DNA of 61,493 nt, filler included, from Sphacelaria rigidula (taxonomy: Eukaryota): assembly GCA_964200075.2 (NCBI GenBank). It is 8 parts of 8 records of this genome, joined end to end, with 100 filler letters (N's around TTAATTAATTAA, not from the genome) between each part and the next. Parts side by side here need not be neighbours in the genome. Positions count along the whole stretch, not along the records: positions 23,100 to 30,698 come from CAXNAA020014162.1; positions 30,799 to 38,397 come from CAXNAA020014163.1; 6 more parts are not named here. One strand, written 5' to 3'. Of this stretch, positions 23,547 through 35,800 are shown piece after piece. The notes beneath the pieces are model-generated. The model saw nothing but the letters and a program-made list of their open reading frames with translations, ran no database searches and was not told where the DNA came from. Positions within the stretch are counted from its first letter, which is position 1. Every line of letters begins with the position of its first letter. The position numbers were made by a program, and so were the translations under genes.

Positions 23547-23777
23547 GTTGCCGCTGCCCACCTAGTACCATCCTCCAAATCGCAGTCTTGAGTAAGAACT
23601 CCAAGCGTTTGGTGCTCATGTACAAGGATGATCTGCATCTAGTATCATGCTCCAAAGCGTACCTGACAAGGGGGCAACACCCCCGTACAGACAGTAGCAA
23701 CGCTAGCGGATCCTACGTCCTAACAGACAGTCTGTGACAATCTTGCAGCCGGCAAGATGGTTATGGTAGTGTTCTTC
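23547..23777. repeat. Partial direct copy of the 24279-24753 element
   Basis: ~230 bp of high identity to 24308-24538. Confidence 0.9.
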
Positions 23778-24278
23778 TAGCGATATCAACTTACAGTGCA
23801 CTGGAGCAGAGCTTGCAGGTGAATATTTCGGTGATACCTCACCTGCAGTTCGCCCAGCAGATTATTTCTCGATATTCCCGAGTAACATCACATAAACGTA
23901 CAGGTGGGAACGTACAAGACCCTCCGTTTCATTGTAAGTCGAGATGTACCAGACCCTACATGTTAGATGGAAATGTATCCAACCGTGGACAAAAAACAAT
24001 CTACAGACTGTACAAACACGATGTTGAAAGTGTACTGCGCAACGTCGAGTGTGCTGTGTGTGTTGTCGTCCCATATATTCTGGACGCCGGTCCCCACCTT
24101 TCGGTATATGTGGGCGCACCAGCCGCGGCTGTGTTACCGTACAGCTTCGCCCAAGATACAGGCATAGCCATCACAGCGGCGGAGGCGGCCCTTCACTCCT
24201 GCGTGCGCCTCCTGGGGCAAACGCACGCTGTAGCTTCAACACGGACAGCTTTACAAAATGTGACACAGCGATCACCTG

Positions 24279-24753
24279 TGCTCCAAGGGGGACCTGGACA
24301 AACAACAGTTGCCGCTGCCCACCTGGTATCATCCTCCAAATCGCAGTCTTGAGTAAGAACTCCAAGCGTTTGGTGCCCATGTACAAGGATGATCTGCATC
24401 TAGTATCATGCTCCAAAACGTACCTGACAAGGGGGCAACACCACAGTACAGACAGTAGCAATGCTAGCGGATCCTACGTCCTGACAGACAGTCTGTGACA
24501 GCCTGGCAACTGGCAAGATGGTTAAGGTGGTGCTCTTCGAAATGCATCAGCACCTGCGTTAACCATAAATTTCCGAGAAATATCTGTCAACTACCAAGTG
24601 GTAAAGTCACCTCGATTTTGAGTTTGATGGTAGATGTAGATCATCCTTGTACATGGGCACGAAACGCTGGGCTTCTCACTCAAGACTTCGATGTAGAGGA
24701 TGATACTGGGTAGGCAGCGGCAACTGCTGTGTGTCCAGGTGTCCCTTGGAGCA
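24279..24753. mobile_element. ~475-bp non-autonomous element with ~128-bp TIRs
   Basis: 24279-24407 (TGCTCCAAGGGGGACCTGGACA...) is the inverted match of 24627-24753 (...TGTCCAGGTGTCCCTTGGAGCA). Confidence 0.75.
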
Positions 24754-27219
24754 GGATGTGTCTGGTGTCCGTTTGACGAAGTGATCCCCAAAAAAACGAA
24801 ATCGATAAGGGTTTCAGACTGGAAGAATACAGCAAAAATACTATCGCATGAATCAGGACGCAAGAATCCTGACGCAAAAACGGAGTCGCAAAAAACCACT
24901 TAGTCGAATTTTTACCCGCAGGAGAAACCAACTTCACTTTGTGAAATTAGAACAAATCCCTATATACTGGCTGCCAGTATATGTCGACACGGCCAATGCT
25001 ACGAAGCTTCAGCTGGTGGTGATGGATATGTGGCATGTACCCTACACTTCTCTGTATATTATATCGCAAAATCCGTAGTCCCCAGCCCACAATCGCCCTG
25101 TAGTTGCACACAAAATCAAGTTGGGTTAGACAAAATAAGGCCGCATCGAAAAAGTTCGCGGTTTGTACGTTGATAGGGATACGAGTCAGTACAAGCACGC
25201 TCTGGTACGGTGCTGTACTGGACCGTGCTATACCGTGCAGGAACGTGCGGTGCCATACTGCAGAGTACGCGGTATACGCCATGTTTCGCTACAATTTGCA
25301 TGGGTGAGTGATTCTACGGTAGGGGTGCACGAACATTTTCTGAGGTTTGAATTGTTAGGAGCACTTCATCTTATCCAAAACACCACTCATGAACTATGTG
25401 AGAGTACGCCAGGATTACTAGACTAGTGCCTCAAACCCTGACGTAATCAACCTGAGCTACAGAGAAATGAAGAAGCTGAGGGGAAGACGAAAGAATAAGC
25501 AGCAAATTTCTCGTCATATTTCTGAGGCAAAATCTTGCGTTTGAACGACAATAGCTACTAGCATGCCCTAGCTGTGTTGTGTTGTGTTGTGTGTTTGTGT
25601 GGTTGTCTGTGTCTGTGTGTAGTGATGGTACATGAAAGGTAGTACAACAAAAAAAAAGCATCTTCATTTTCTGGGGCAAAGTCTTGCGCTTGAACGACAA
25701 CAGCTACTAGCAAGTCCTAGCTGTGTTGTGTATTGTGTGTGCGTGTGTGTGCGTGTGTGTGTGTGTAGTGATGGTACATGAGAGGAAATACAACAGGAAT
25801 TCTATGCGTTGCCTTTACAGCAGTACCTTCACACCTCGACCTCTACAAATCAAGCCCAGAATCGAACGGTCAACAAAGCACAACCTTAAGGTATACATCA
25901 CGACGACATATATTGCCGTCTTCGACAAAGGGGAACCCCAGATCCCATTTGATGTGTTCCCCCCCTGAAACCCTACGTCAGCTTACACATGGAATGATTT
26001 TCATTTTTACAAGCTACCACAAACCTTTCCAGCACGACCGACTGATGATATTTGAGCGTCATATACCCAGGATTGCGGGCTCCCCACGCGACCAAGGATG
26101 TACACACGGAGAACTCTGCAGCGAATACCCCAAAAATTTATCGCTAGAGGGCATCCGAGAGATTTACATAACCTCGGACGCACGTGCTCGCCTACTGTTA
26201 CCGTACAGCTGTTTTGTGTGGGACAAGGCAACATATTCCTTGGTGAAGCTCGCCATTATCCAGCCGAGCGAGCTGTGAATTCTCCGCCGGTGCGATAAAA
26301 CAACGACCAACCAACACAATCATCCAGCAGATAATGACACAACAACTGAGATATGAAACGGCCAGCACGCCAACTCGAAGGGTGAAGCGCGGATGGGTGA
26401 GATGTCCGCAACTATGCGAGTAGCAGTGAAAAAAAACGAAAAACGCGAGAAACAAAAACTGCCCAAGGCGACTCGCATAATAGAGCGATAATGTACACCT
26501 TTCACCGTGCACCGACACAGAACTGACTGTCATCAACTCAACTCATCCCACACCAAACCATATCCCCCCAAAACGCTGGGTACGCATATCTGCCACCAAC
26601 AGTGAACAAATCGACAGCTCCCACAAATATTCGCCACCAGACACAACGCGAAGCAACCAACCAACACTTGATCGATTCGAAGTTGATTTATCGTAGCACA
26701 CTGACTGATTTCGCTACGAATCCAGCTGCGGTTGCAAGACACACGTACCCAAGGCAACTGAAAGCGAAAACACTCTCGCTGTTGAGGAAACCACATAAAA
26801 GAGAGCACAAAATGGAGGAAACTGATAAACGAACGGGAAAAGCGAGGGACGAACATAAGGAAAGTAATTGGGAAAAACAAGTATGATGCCAGGCTAAGAT
26901 CTCGTATCCGTCCTCAAAAAAGCGAACAGAAAAAACGACAGACCCCCGTCGTATGGCTTTCGGCGCATACGTGAGGCCGTACAAAACCGAAACGAAACTA
27001 AACAAGGCCGTGGAAGCAAGTTGCGCTTCAGCTATTTAAGGACTACACTATTTGAGCAGGAATTGCCATCCACGAGCTCTGCAGGAGCACTGTTGCTGTA
27101 GTGCAATGCACACCCTCACCCTCAAGTTACTTTCCGAACAACAGATTCACGAAAGTCGCCACCGCAGTCTGAACAGCGATGACAGCCAAATTACAACCAC
27201 GCCCAAAGATGAATACGAA

Positions 27220-27438
27220 TCAGAGCGCAAACGAGTCCGAACGTGCAACCTCATCGGCGCGACTCGACAGCTCCACCGCGGAATCCGAGACACCTTCCTG
27301 GTCCCCCTTGCAAACATACGTGGAGCAGTCGTCGAATGCGAGCAAGGGTAATATCTCGGGCATGCGGGAGTTGTAGTTGAAGTGATTCGATCCCAGCAAC
27401 GTAGAAAGATCCAAATTTTCCACACCCCGAGCGGCCAC
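27220..27438 (-). CDS. DUF726 / TMCO4-like protein, terminal exon
   Basis: cag|GTG acceptor; VAARGVENLDLSTLLGSNHFNYNSRMPEILPLL matches the DUF726 C-terminal 'VENxDxSxxxxxHxxY' block; stop at 27220. Confidence 0.85.
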   Translation of the reverse strand: MAARGVENLDLSTLLGSNHFNYNSRMPEILPLLAFDDCSTYVCKGDQEGVSDSAVELSSRADEVARSDSFAL

Positions 27439-28119
27439 CTGTCCGTTCGTCCGGAAATCAAAACATAGATGTGTGAGGTTCGGGTCAACGTGTGTCGCGC
27501 AATGCGCGGGGACTATGGCGTGGTGATTGTTTGTATGTGGTCCCTGCCGTACGAGGTCCTGCATGGTGGACGATCAAACGTCTCCGGTGTTTTCAGCGAC
27601 CGACCTCAAGCAAATACCGTGACATCATTCACCTCGTGATCATAGCTGACCTTATTTCGAACCAGCTACATATGCGACAACCAACCATAAATCGATCATC
27701 ATGAGAGTGCAAGGAGTAGACGTTCCGTCGCTCCCGGCCGATCCCGGATTCAAATCCATCATGCGCACACGCGGTGTACAACCATGATAGGCCCTTCTCC
27801 CCTAAAAACCAAGTTTATTGAGACCCAGCCAAGTTACGGCCAGTACCAAGGATGATTATTATGTGTACAAATTACGCCTTCCATCACAGCCGCACGCATC
27901 CCCACGCTACAACCACACACAGACTGTGAACCAACAGAGAGACACGGACACAGGCACAGACCGACAAACAGACGAACAGAGATTTCTCCATCCCTGAAAA
28001 CAACAGACGCGTACGGAGAAAGGGGAAATGTTGGGGAGAAATCACAACAAAACGAAGGAGGAGGGAGAGAAGGAAGCAGCACACACCCGACAGTAAAGCA
28101 CAATACCCCTGCCACGTAC

Positions 28120-28503
28120 CTTCTGGACGCCAGCTACGGAAAGCGACAGACTTTTCGCCCTAAACACCAGGCCCAAAATCACGTCCGACTTCGAGAAGCC
28201 GTTGACGATCCTCCCGTGCACAATCCTGGCAACGCGCTCCCACCTAGCGGGCGACCCGCTTACAGGTGCCCCTAGCAATGCCACGTTCTCAATCAGCCCA
28301 GCGGCGCAACGTGCCTCGCTCTTTTTGCTGTTAATGGAGGGTTCGGTGTGCGGGTCCGCGGACGCATTCACGCCAACGCCGCCCAGCCCCGCCTTTGATT
28401 TCCCGTTGTTGGAGAGCTTCATAGCGTTGCGCAGGCGCCTGATACGCTCCGAGTTCTTATGGTTCCCCAGGGTAGACTCGTCCTCCAAGGTTCCTGAGAG
28501 GGT
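28120..28503 (-). CDS. DUF726 / TMCO4-like protein, penultimate exon
   Basis: cag|ACC acceptor and AAG|gtacgt donor, 384 bp, phase 0; GLIENVALLGAPVSG..W..V.GRIVNGFSKSDVILGLVFRA..VAGVQ. Confidence 0.9.
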
Positions 28504-29089
28504 CTGTTTCCGGGGGGAAGGCAGGGAAGACATGAGAGGGCGTTCTCACTTGTTGCTCGCCTTAGTCGTTTGAGCATTCACCACGCATCCCTTTCGAGAC
28601 GGAGCAAAGGCATGAGGGTAGGGGGGCGGTGCACTCATGATCTTCCATGCCATAGTCATGTGATCAAAACATGTGATTTGATGCGTGCAACCTTTTGATT
28701 CAAGATTGATTTTTTCTTCACAAACACTGAAACAGAGGGACACAACGATATACTGTAGTATTACATGTACCACACACAAGTAAAGATACGCATTGATCTG
28801 CCACGCATTCAGTCCCGGTCAGGAGATAGACCTATTTATTAACAGACCCCCCGGGGATCCAGTCTTGGTCACATGATACATAACCCACTGTGAACACCGC
28901 AAAACACTCGCCAAAAAACACTAATCAGAGAAGAAGAGGGAGACGAAAAAAAAGATAAGACAAGACAATGACAAAAACAATCCCAGGCCAAGATTTACCG
29001 AACTACCGGTCTCGATCATGTGTGGAATAGGTCTGCCTGTACGGCAACCTTTGCAGCGGACAAGACCTTGACGGGGGCTGTTTCTTTAC

Positions 29090-29191
29090 CTGCTCTTCCC
29101 AAAGCTCGTGACGCCGAGCGATCTCCTCCAAGCACGCGAATATCAGTCGTGCTCCTAGCGACGTGCCTATCAACGTCACGGGCCGGCATCC
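29090..29191 (-). CDS. DUF726 / TMCO4-like protein, exon with GxSxG motif
   Basis: tag|GGA acceptor and CAG|gtaaag donor, 102 bp; GCRPVTLIGTSLGARLIFACLEEIA (not in the ORF track). Upstream exons are not in this contig. Confidence 0.9.
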
Positions 29192-30079
29192 CTATCACAG
29201 ATCACCAACATGTTACCAAAAGATTAACAGGTCAACAACAGGTCAACAACAGATCAGCAAGAGAGATAGCGCATGACGCAACGCAGCATCAACGGCGAAA
29301 TACAGGGACGGGTCAACAAAACATAGACGAACATAGCGCATCACAGAGAGAGAGAGAGAGAGAAACCATTACTTCACGGATACGCCTACTACTAGTAGAT
29401 CCAGAGATGGGCTGCGACGTGACTCAACAAGAAGACAGCAATGGACAGCAGCAAAATAAATGCCTCGACTGGTGCAGCCCGCCAGAAAAAACTAAATGCA
29501 TGCGTGCTCACACCTGAGCATGCACACACGCAGCACTTCCCGACTCGACCTCCCCCAGTGTTAGTGCTCCCACACGAAACGGAAGGTTCAACCAAACCAG
29601 TCGAAAATAAAGCATTCACAGCCAAGCAAGTTAGTCTAGGTGCTCCTTCCTCAACCCGAACGAACGACGCCTGACCTGCTATCTCACTACCACTAGCCCA
29701 GTAGGGCTTACATGAGTTCGCCATCGAATAAACCACCACGGTTAAAACATGCTTGGTTTTTGTGTAACGCCATCATCTATTCAGATATCTGGAAGACCTG
29801 ACAGTCTCCAAGTGTTCCCATGGTGGACAGCACGCGTTTTTGCTACAATCGGCACCTGCCTCTCAAGATGCCGATCTAAGCTCTGCCAACTCACACTTTG
29901 ACCGGGACTACCACACACACGCATATTCCCAACTCGGGTTGTCGGTATGCCTTGGGTTAGGGTAGGGGTTAGGGATTGAAGAGTTATAATATATATGAGA
30001 ATGCGTCGACCATGGTGATTCACGAAGAATTCGGGTACACGCGCCTCTGCTAGCCGCAACTCCCCAATACGAGATCTTA

Positions 30080-30372
30080 GGTCCTGTCTTAATAGAAAAA
30101 AATGATGACGAGATTGTGACAATGAGATTATGATAATGAGATTGAACAGTCCACGCGTGGTAGCCAATTTACGTTGGCTTTTCACATCCTCATCGGATTG
30201 TTCCTCCGCTCTTACAAGAAAATAGGTCCAAAAATAACTATTTTATTGTGAGAACGGAGGAACAATCCGGTGATAATGCGAAAGGGAACGTGAAATGGTT
30301 CCCATACGTGGGCTGTTCGTCTTTCTCGTTATCACAATATCTCCCTCGTTCTTCTGTCGTTAAGACGGGGCC
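30080..30372. mobile_element. PIF/Harbinger (Tourist-like) palindromic MITE
   Basis: GGTCCTGTCTTAA / TTAAGACGGGGCC ends, flanks TTA/TTG, and internal arms pair (CGGATTGTTCCTCCG / CGGAGGAACAATCCG). Confidence 0.7.
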
Positions 30373-30798
30373 TTGCAAGTAGCACAAGCAACGAACGCAA
30401 AGCTCCAAGCGGACGGATGATGGCGCTCGGTCATTGTATGGAATTTTTATTCTTCATTTCACGTCGTTCTCATCATTTGGATGATAACAACAGATTATAT
30501 TGGCAAAAAGTGTACTAGGTACAGAATCGAATATTGCGTCTATTGCGATAGACACAAGATTCGATATTATGCGCAGTTCGTTTTTGCCTCTGCAATCTAT
30601 TGTTGTCCAGCTTGTGGATTATTTCAAGGGTCGGACAAATAATGATTCGCCTGAAAATGACTTGGGTTTAGTATGATGAGTCGACTCGTGACGAATCANN
30701 NNNNNNNNNNNNNNNNNNNNNNNNNNNNNNNNNNNNNNNNNNTTAATTAATTAANNNNNNNNNNNNNNNNNNNNNNNNNNNNNNNNNNNNNNNNNNNN

Positions 30799-30861
30799 CC
30801 TGTTGAAAGCTCTTCATCGCGATTGATACTGCTTGATACATCTGTACATTGCCTGATGCGC
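30799..30861 (+). repeat. Direct repeat shared by both ends of contig 5 (partner 38332-38397)
   Basis: CCTGTTGAAAGCTCT...ATACTGCTTG...TGTACATT(G/A)CCTGATGCGC forms the first 63 and the last 66 bases of the contig. Confidence 0.75.
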
Positions 30862-31049
30862 ACCACACTCGAATTATAGTACAGACAGTTTGTACCTGAA
30901 AATAGGTTTGATGGAACTTTCGGTCTTCATCTAACCCGGCCGTTACATACATTAGTTGATTTTCAGCAACATGAAGCCACTGTTGTGCAGGACACGTCAT
31001 TCCTCACCAGACTCGTTGGTCGTTCTGGAGGCCCAGTCTCAAAAGGGTT

Positions 31050-31340
31050 AAGACCATACTCGACCAACTCAAAATTTGAGTAGATTATTCGAGACCATAC
31101 TCGACCTACTCAGAATTTGAGTAGAGTATTCGAGGCCGTACTCGACCTACTCAAAATTTGAGCAGATAATTGAGGTCATACTCAAGTGATACTCCGTACT
31201 GAAGTTCTACTGGGAGTGCTTACTCAATAATTGAGGAGAGTATTTGAGGCCGTACTCGACCTACTCAAACGTCGAGTAGAGTAAATACTTGAGTATTTTA
31301 CTCGAGTACTTCAATGTACATACTCTACTCGACCTACCCT
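31050..31340. repeat. Minisatellite of ~41-bp hairpin-containing units
   Basis: Repeated GACCATACTCGACCTACTCAAAATTTGAGTAGAGTATTCGA; each unit holds the palindrome TACTCAAAATTTGAGTA. There are no unique spacers. Confidence 0.85.
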
Positions 31341-32071
31341 TGCAATCTTCACGCCGTACCTGCAGTAGATGCCTTGTGCCGCATCATAGCAAGCCTGCGC
31401 CTAAGCTGCAATAACAAAGGCGACGCCGACGGCACATTTACCTCGGTCGTGTCCCCCTACTGTCTGTATTCGCAGATAGCCATCGTCGGGCCCTGTGGGG
31501 ATGTGTTCACCTACTCCTTTGTACTGCGTGTGATCATGATATTTTCAGCTTTTTTCAAGGGTAAACTCATGGCATGCACGCTACATCACTCTGTCGCGCG
31601 CGTAGATACGGCACCATACTGCTGCGGTTTGGTCATTCCATAACGGTGACGAGGATGCCATGTACCCCGCCGTTATACATACTCCTGGTTGGAGGTGAGC
31701 ACTGGATACCAAAAAACAGAAAAACCACTCACCGGATAAGAGGCCTTTTTTCTCAAAAACAAAGAACCGGCTTGACCGAGTTTTTTCCTGCAGGTTTAAC
31801 CGAAACCGGTTTAACCTGATGAGCAAGGGAAAACGCCTCCGAATCGTTGAAGCGCAGGTGAATTAGGCGTTGTTGTACACTCATTGCCGGTGACAGCAAG
31901 GTTCAACTTCACACCTCCACGTCCGTGCAACACCTGCCGAAGTTACAGCACAGTGACTGGTGACAACGATTTTGATGCGTGAAAATAAATTTGTTGGTGG
32001 TTACTTGAACAGCTGCTGTTCAAACCTTGCTCCTAATCCTAGCCAACACAGCGTGTCGAAGGGAAAAACTA

Positions 32072-32890
32072 CAGTAGTCAGCGCCTGAACTGTTCATTTT
32101 GTACTTTATTCGTAATTGGCGATTTTCTATGCTTTTTCGCTTGCCACCGCTCATCGCATTGGGGATCTGAACATATTTGTATCCGCTCCACATTCCAAGA
32201 AGAAAAAATCATCCGCACTCAATACTGAGCAACTTAGGAGCTTACCGGTCATCGGGGGAGCTGCCCCCTTTCAGCGCAGATTCTAACTCTTTGGTATTTT
32301 CCGTCGATCGAGCCTGTCCCGATCGTATTTGTGAAGAAATGCACTGGCTTGTTTTTTTTTTAATTTTACCTACAACAAGGTTTTCGTGAGATTGAGAGTA
32401 GGGCGCTGATTAAGAGTGGCTTTGATCATTCGCTTTCACTTGACCAATTTTTCATCCCGTGTGTGCTTTTCGTAGCCTCTATCTCTGGCGTGTGCTCAGA
32501 GCTACACGTCGATATCCTACTCAGGGATATCGAGGGCTTCAGTGGCAAGCTACCACAGAAAGCATATCCGGCCTCGTGGAGAGGCACCTCGGAGTTGAAA
32601 CGATACATTCACTGATTGACCGTTTTTCATTCTCAATCGTATCCTCTACTTCCAATCTCACGAAAACGTTATTCTCCTCATTGCACTAGAGCCGACAAAT
32701 TGTATTTCACGGTAGATAAAACCCTCCTGATGAACGGGGTATCTTCTCCTATCGCCCGATAACACCAACTAACACTCACTTGGGCACTGTGTTTTGAGGA
32801 CGATCTGCTTCTTTTTCCAAAATCTACCGACGCTAGCACTTTCGATAAAACCCCCAGAACAACCCTGAAGAGTTCAGGCGCCCAGCACTG
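32072..32890. mobile_element. Tc1/mariner-like MITE (TA TSD, CAGT ends) containing a nested insertion
   Basis: ta|CAGTAGTCAGCGCCTGAACT ... AGTTCAGGCGCCCAGCACTG|ta. Colinear with 55739-56288 except for the extra 32377-32670 segment. Confidence 0.85.
32377..32670. mobile_element. Nested ~290-bp MITE (same family as 9666-9956)
   Basis: AAGGTTTTCGTGAGATTGAGAGTAG / CTACTTCCAATCTCACGAAAACGTT TIRs; absent from the sister host element at 55739. Confidence 0.85.
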
Positions 32891-35800
32891 TATGCGCCCC
32901 ACACCCCGCTCGCCATTGCAACCCCATGCCCATCAATATGAGGGAGGAGGGGGGGTCATGCTATTCATCAACTTCAAACTTAGCAACTGAACCGGTTAGC
33001 CGGAAAAACCGGTTGAACCGCCATAATAATGCCTCCTTTTCCCGGTTTCACCAAGTGAAAAAAAAACTCCGGTTTTCTATTCCAGAACCGTGACCGGTAA
33101 CAACCGGTTTTTTCTTACAGGTGCCCTCCCCTACTCCTGGTGCAGCGTAGGTGGGGGCCGTTACTTTGGCATATCCGATACAGGCTGTCACGTTGTAGGC
33201 TGTGATCTTACAAGATATCTCATCTTGCGCTTGGTGCTGTACGTTTCCACGACACCACCTCTATACTGCGGGTTAATCATGCCTGAACGCTGCATAGCCG
33301 TACTTCGTGCTGCGTGAGGTGTATGACTCCGGCTGGCGCTATCGCGTTTGGACCGTCTGTCCTCGTGAGCGGCGTTGGGGCTCCATGCAATGATATTACA
33401 CACCTTCTGTCTTCTTGCATGGAAGACCGTAACATTGTGTTTCAGTTATACTGGACTGTAGTGGAGTGTGTTTACCGACTGTAGTTGTAGTTGGGTTAGG
33501 CTGGTTGGGAAGGGCTGTCCCGGTGGGTTTTCGACCGTTTGCTACTGCACCGCCTGTCTGGACGCTCGGAATCACGTCCGCCCGGTATCTCGTACATCAT
33601 CCTGCGTGCCTCGCAGCGTTTTCCCTTGCCGGGGTTACTGTGTTGACGTTTGGTAAGCGAGCGGGGGGGCGATGTGCGCCGGGGGGCAACGGGCTGCCCC
33701 AACCGCTCTTCCACCTTTTTCAGCGAAACGCCTGGCAGCGTCCTGGCCGTGCTTCTCGACCACCTCTTCCAGCTGAACGTAAATTGTATATGGGTCGCTC
33801 TTCAGCGCTTCCACATGTGGCGACGGGATTTCCACTTGCTCCGCTACATCATTGTCGCCGTATAGTGTGGCTTCTCACGCTCGCGAAGTGTTGATGATGC
33901 GGCCCCCCAAAACGGTGCACCACTCTAACTTGAAGTATACTAGTGCGCCGCTCTTGAGCTCAAGTATACTGATGTGACATGTTCGTGCGCCGAACTCGAG
34001 TTGAGGTATTTCGCAGATTCCCACTGACGGAAATCACATATATGGGAGTTTGTACTGTCTTGCGAGAGTTTTGTCGATGCATACAATTGGACACACTTCG
34101 CCCGTCGCGTGATGTCATTGGACACACCCAATTCGACCGCTCCGGGGTTTCATTTTCGGTACATCCATGACGTGTGCTTCCAGAGTCTTCTTTGGTCTTT
34201 CACAGTAAAAATGGTTGCCGTCGGTCTTTTCTGTTTCCACCTTTTCTTCTTTGTTACAACTTGAAATAATGAGGCGTTTTGCCCGGGAACGGGAGGGGAG
34301 GTGAGGGTTCCAGAAGGTTTAAGGGTCTCTGATTGGTTGAATTTCACATTTCACTTCAAAATTCTACCCCAGTGTATGGGCGCTGTGCCTTCGTTTAACC
34401 CATGAATATTGAATATTGTTCACCCGGTTTGTGCAATGTTGCTATTTCCGCACATGATGAAACCAGGTATTTCGAACTCGTGGTCACAAAACATGGGCAC
34501 GCCTACCCAGTACCCCCGCCACGATTCCTCACCTTACTTGTTGCTGGAGGAGACAGAAGCACAAATATGATGGGTCGATTGGTTTGCCTCATTGCCGCAT
34601 AAGAAGTGATCCTCGAGAGATCGAGTCGCGGGAACAAGATAAATGTACACTACCCAACATGGACAAAACGAAAACACTTGTTCAAGAAACGTGCAAAAAA
34701 CAGAAAGGCGAAACAGGACAGTATCATGCGGAGGAGGTCTGTAGGTTCGGAACACTCTCTTTCGCACAAATGGTCATGCTCCACGGTGCGAATTGTGCTG
34801 AGTCTCAGAGAGGAACACATCCGTGATCGAACCGGCTCGAGAAGCTGGCGCTACAGGCAAACAACGAGGCTAAGGCATGCGGATGGCCAAGGGCGCATGT
34901 CACTTCGTAGCTCGGAAGCGCTCGGAGGCGCTTATAATATGCAAAATATATCGAGACAGAATTGGCTATCCGTGCATGTATCAGGTCGTACTGTACTGGC
35001 TGCAGTGTTGTTTCTTTTCAATGTTATGGAGGCATTGTACTGAAATTATAATTCATCCGCGGTGTCAGTTGGACGGACGGTCATACTCCAAGGCCTAAAA
35101 TATGCTGAGACTGGAGGGGCAGACGTCCTTGGAAGAGAGGTCTCCACACCAGCACGGATACGTGGCGCTACAAAACAGCATGCGCCCATTTGACAGCCGG
35201 ATGGGGAAGGGTGCATATCACTAGGAAAGGGGGAAGCGCTTATTGCACGATATGTATCCGCGCACGGTAATACCCGACGAAGTTGGCAATGTGTGTTTCT
35301 AGTGCCAGTACAACGAGCACTGTAGTACTGACTGTACGATGCGAGCAACGTCTCGACAGGGCTAGATTACCCGCGATCCATCCGTGAAAAAAACAAATTG
35401 CAATTCGCAGCCTGTCCTATTCTGGAACCGAGTGAAAACTCTGCACAAGGGCGATCACGCGCCTGCCAGAGAAAGGTGAATATCTTCACGTGGGAGCACA
35501 CCGCCGAAGAATATGCAATTGATTATGATGAAGGAAAACTCCAGCAACTGCCCCTGTCATTTTCAGACCGTCATGGTAACGCCCGCGCTAAGTCTGGCAC
35601 TGTGAAGGGGGAGACGTTGCCCCCTACCCGAACAGGTCCGCAGTAGTCCTTGACAGAAGACACTCTTCTCCTTGGCTGCGTTGTGCGGCCGCGTCTTTCT
35701 CGGCACGGCGTATAAAACTCAGGGGCATCTGCCTTCAACATATGGAGAACCTTAACTAGTGGTTATTTCCCGCCTTGGTGCCAGCCTCGACCAACAGGGG

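Larger units (their letters stand above)
31690..33131. mobile_element. Candidate outer DNA element with AACCGG-rich ends
   Basis: AACCGG/CCGGTT clusters at 31730-31815 and 32990-33112; the segment is flanked by the 10-bp direct repeat TACTCCTGGT (31680-31689, 33132-33141). TIRs are weak. Confidence 0.4.

Noticed and set aside
31050-31340. CRISPR-like array of palindromic repeats
   Set aside because: The units are contiguous with no unique spacers, there are no cas genes, and the context is eukaryotic.
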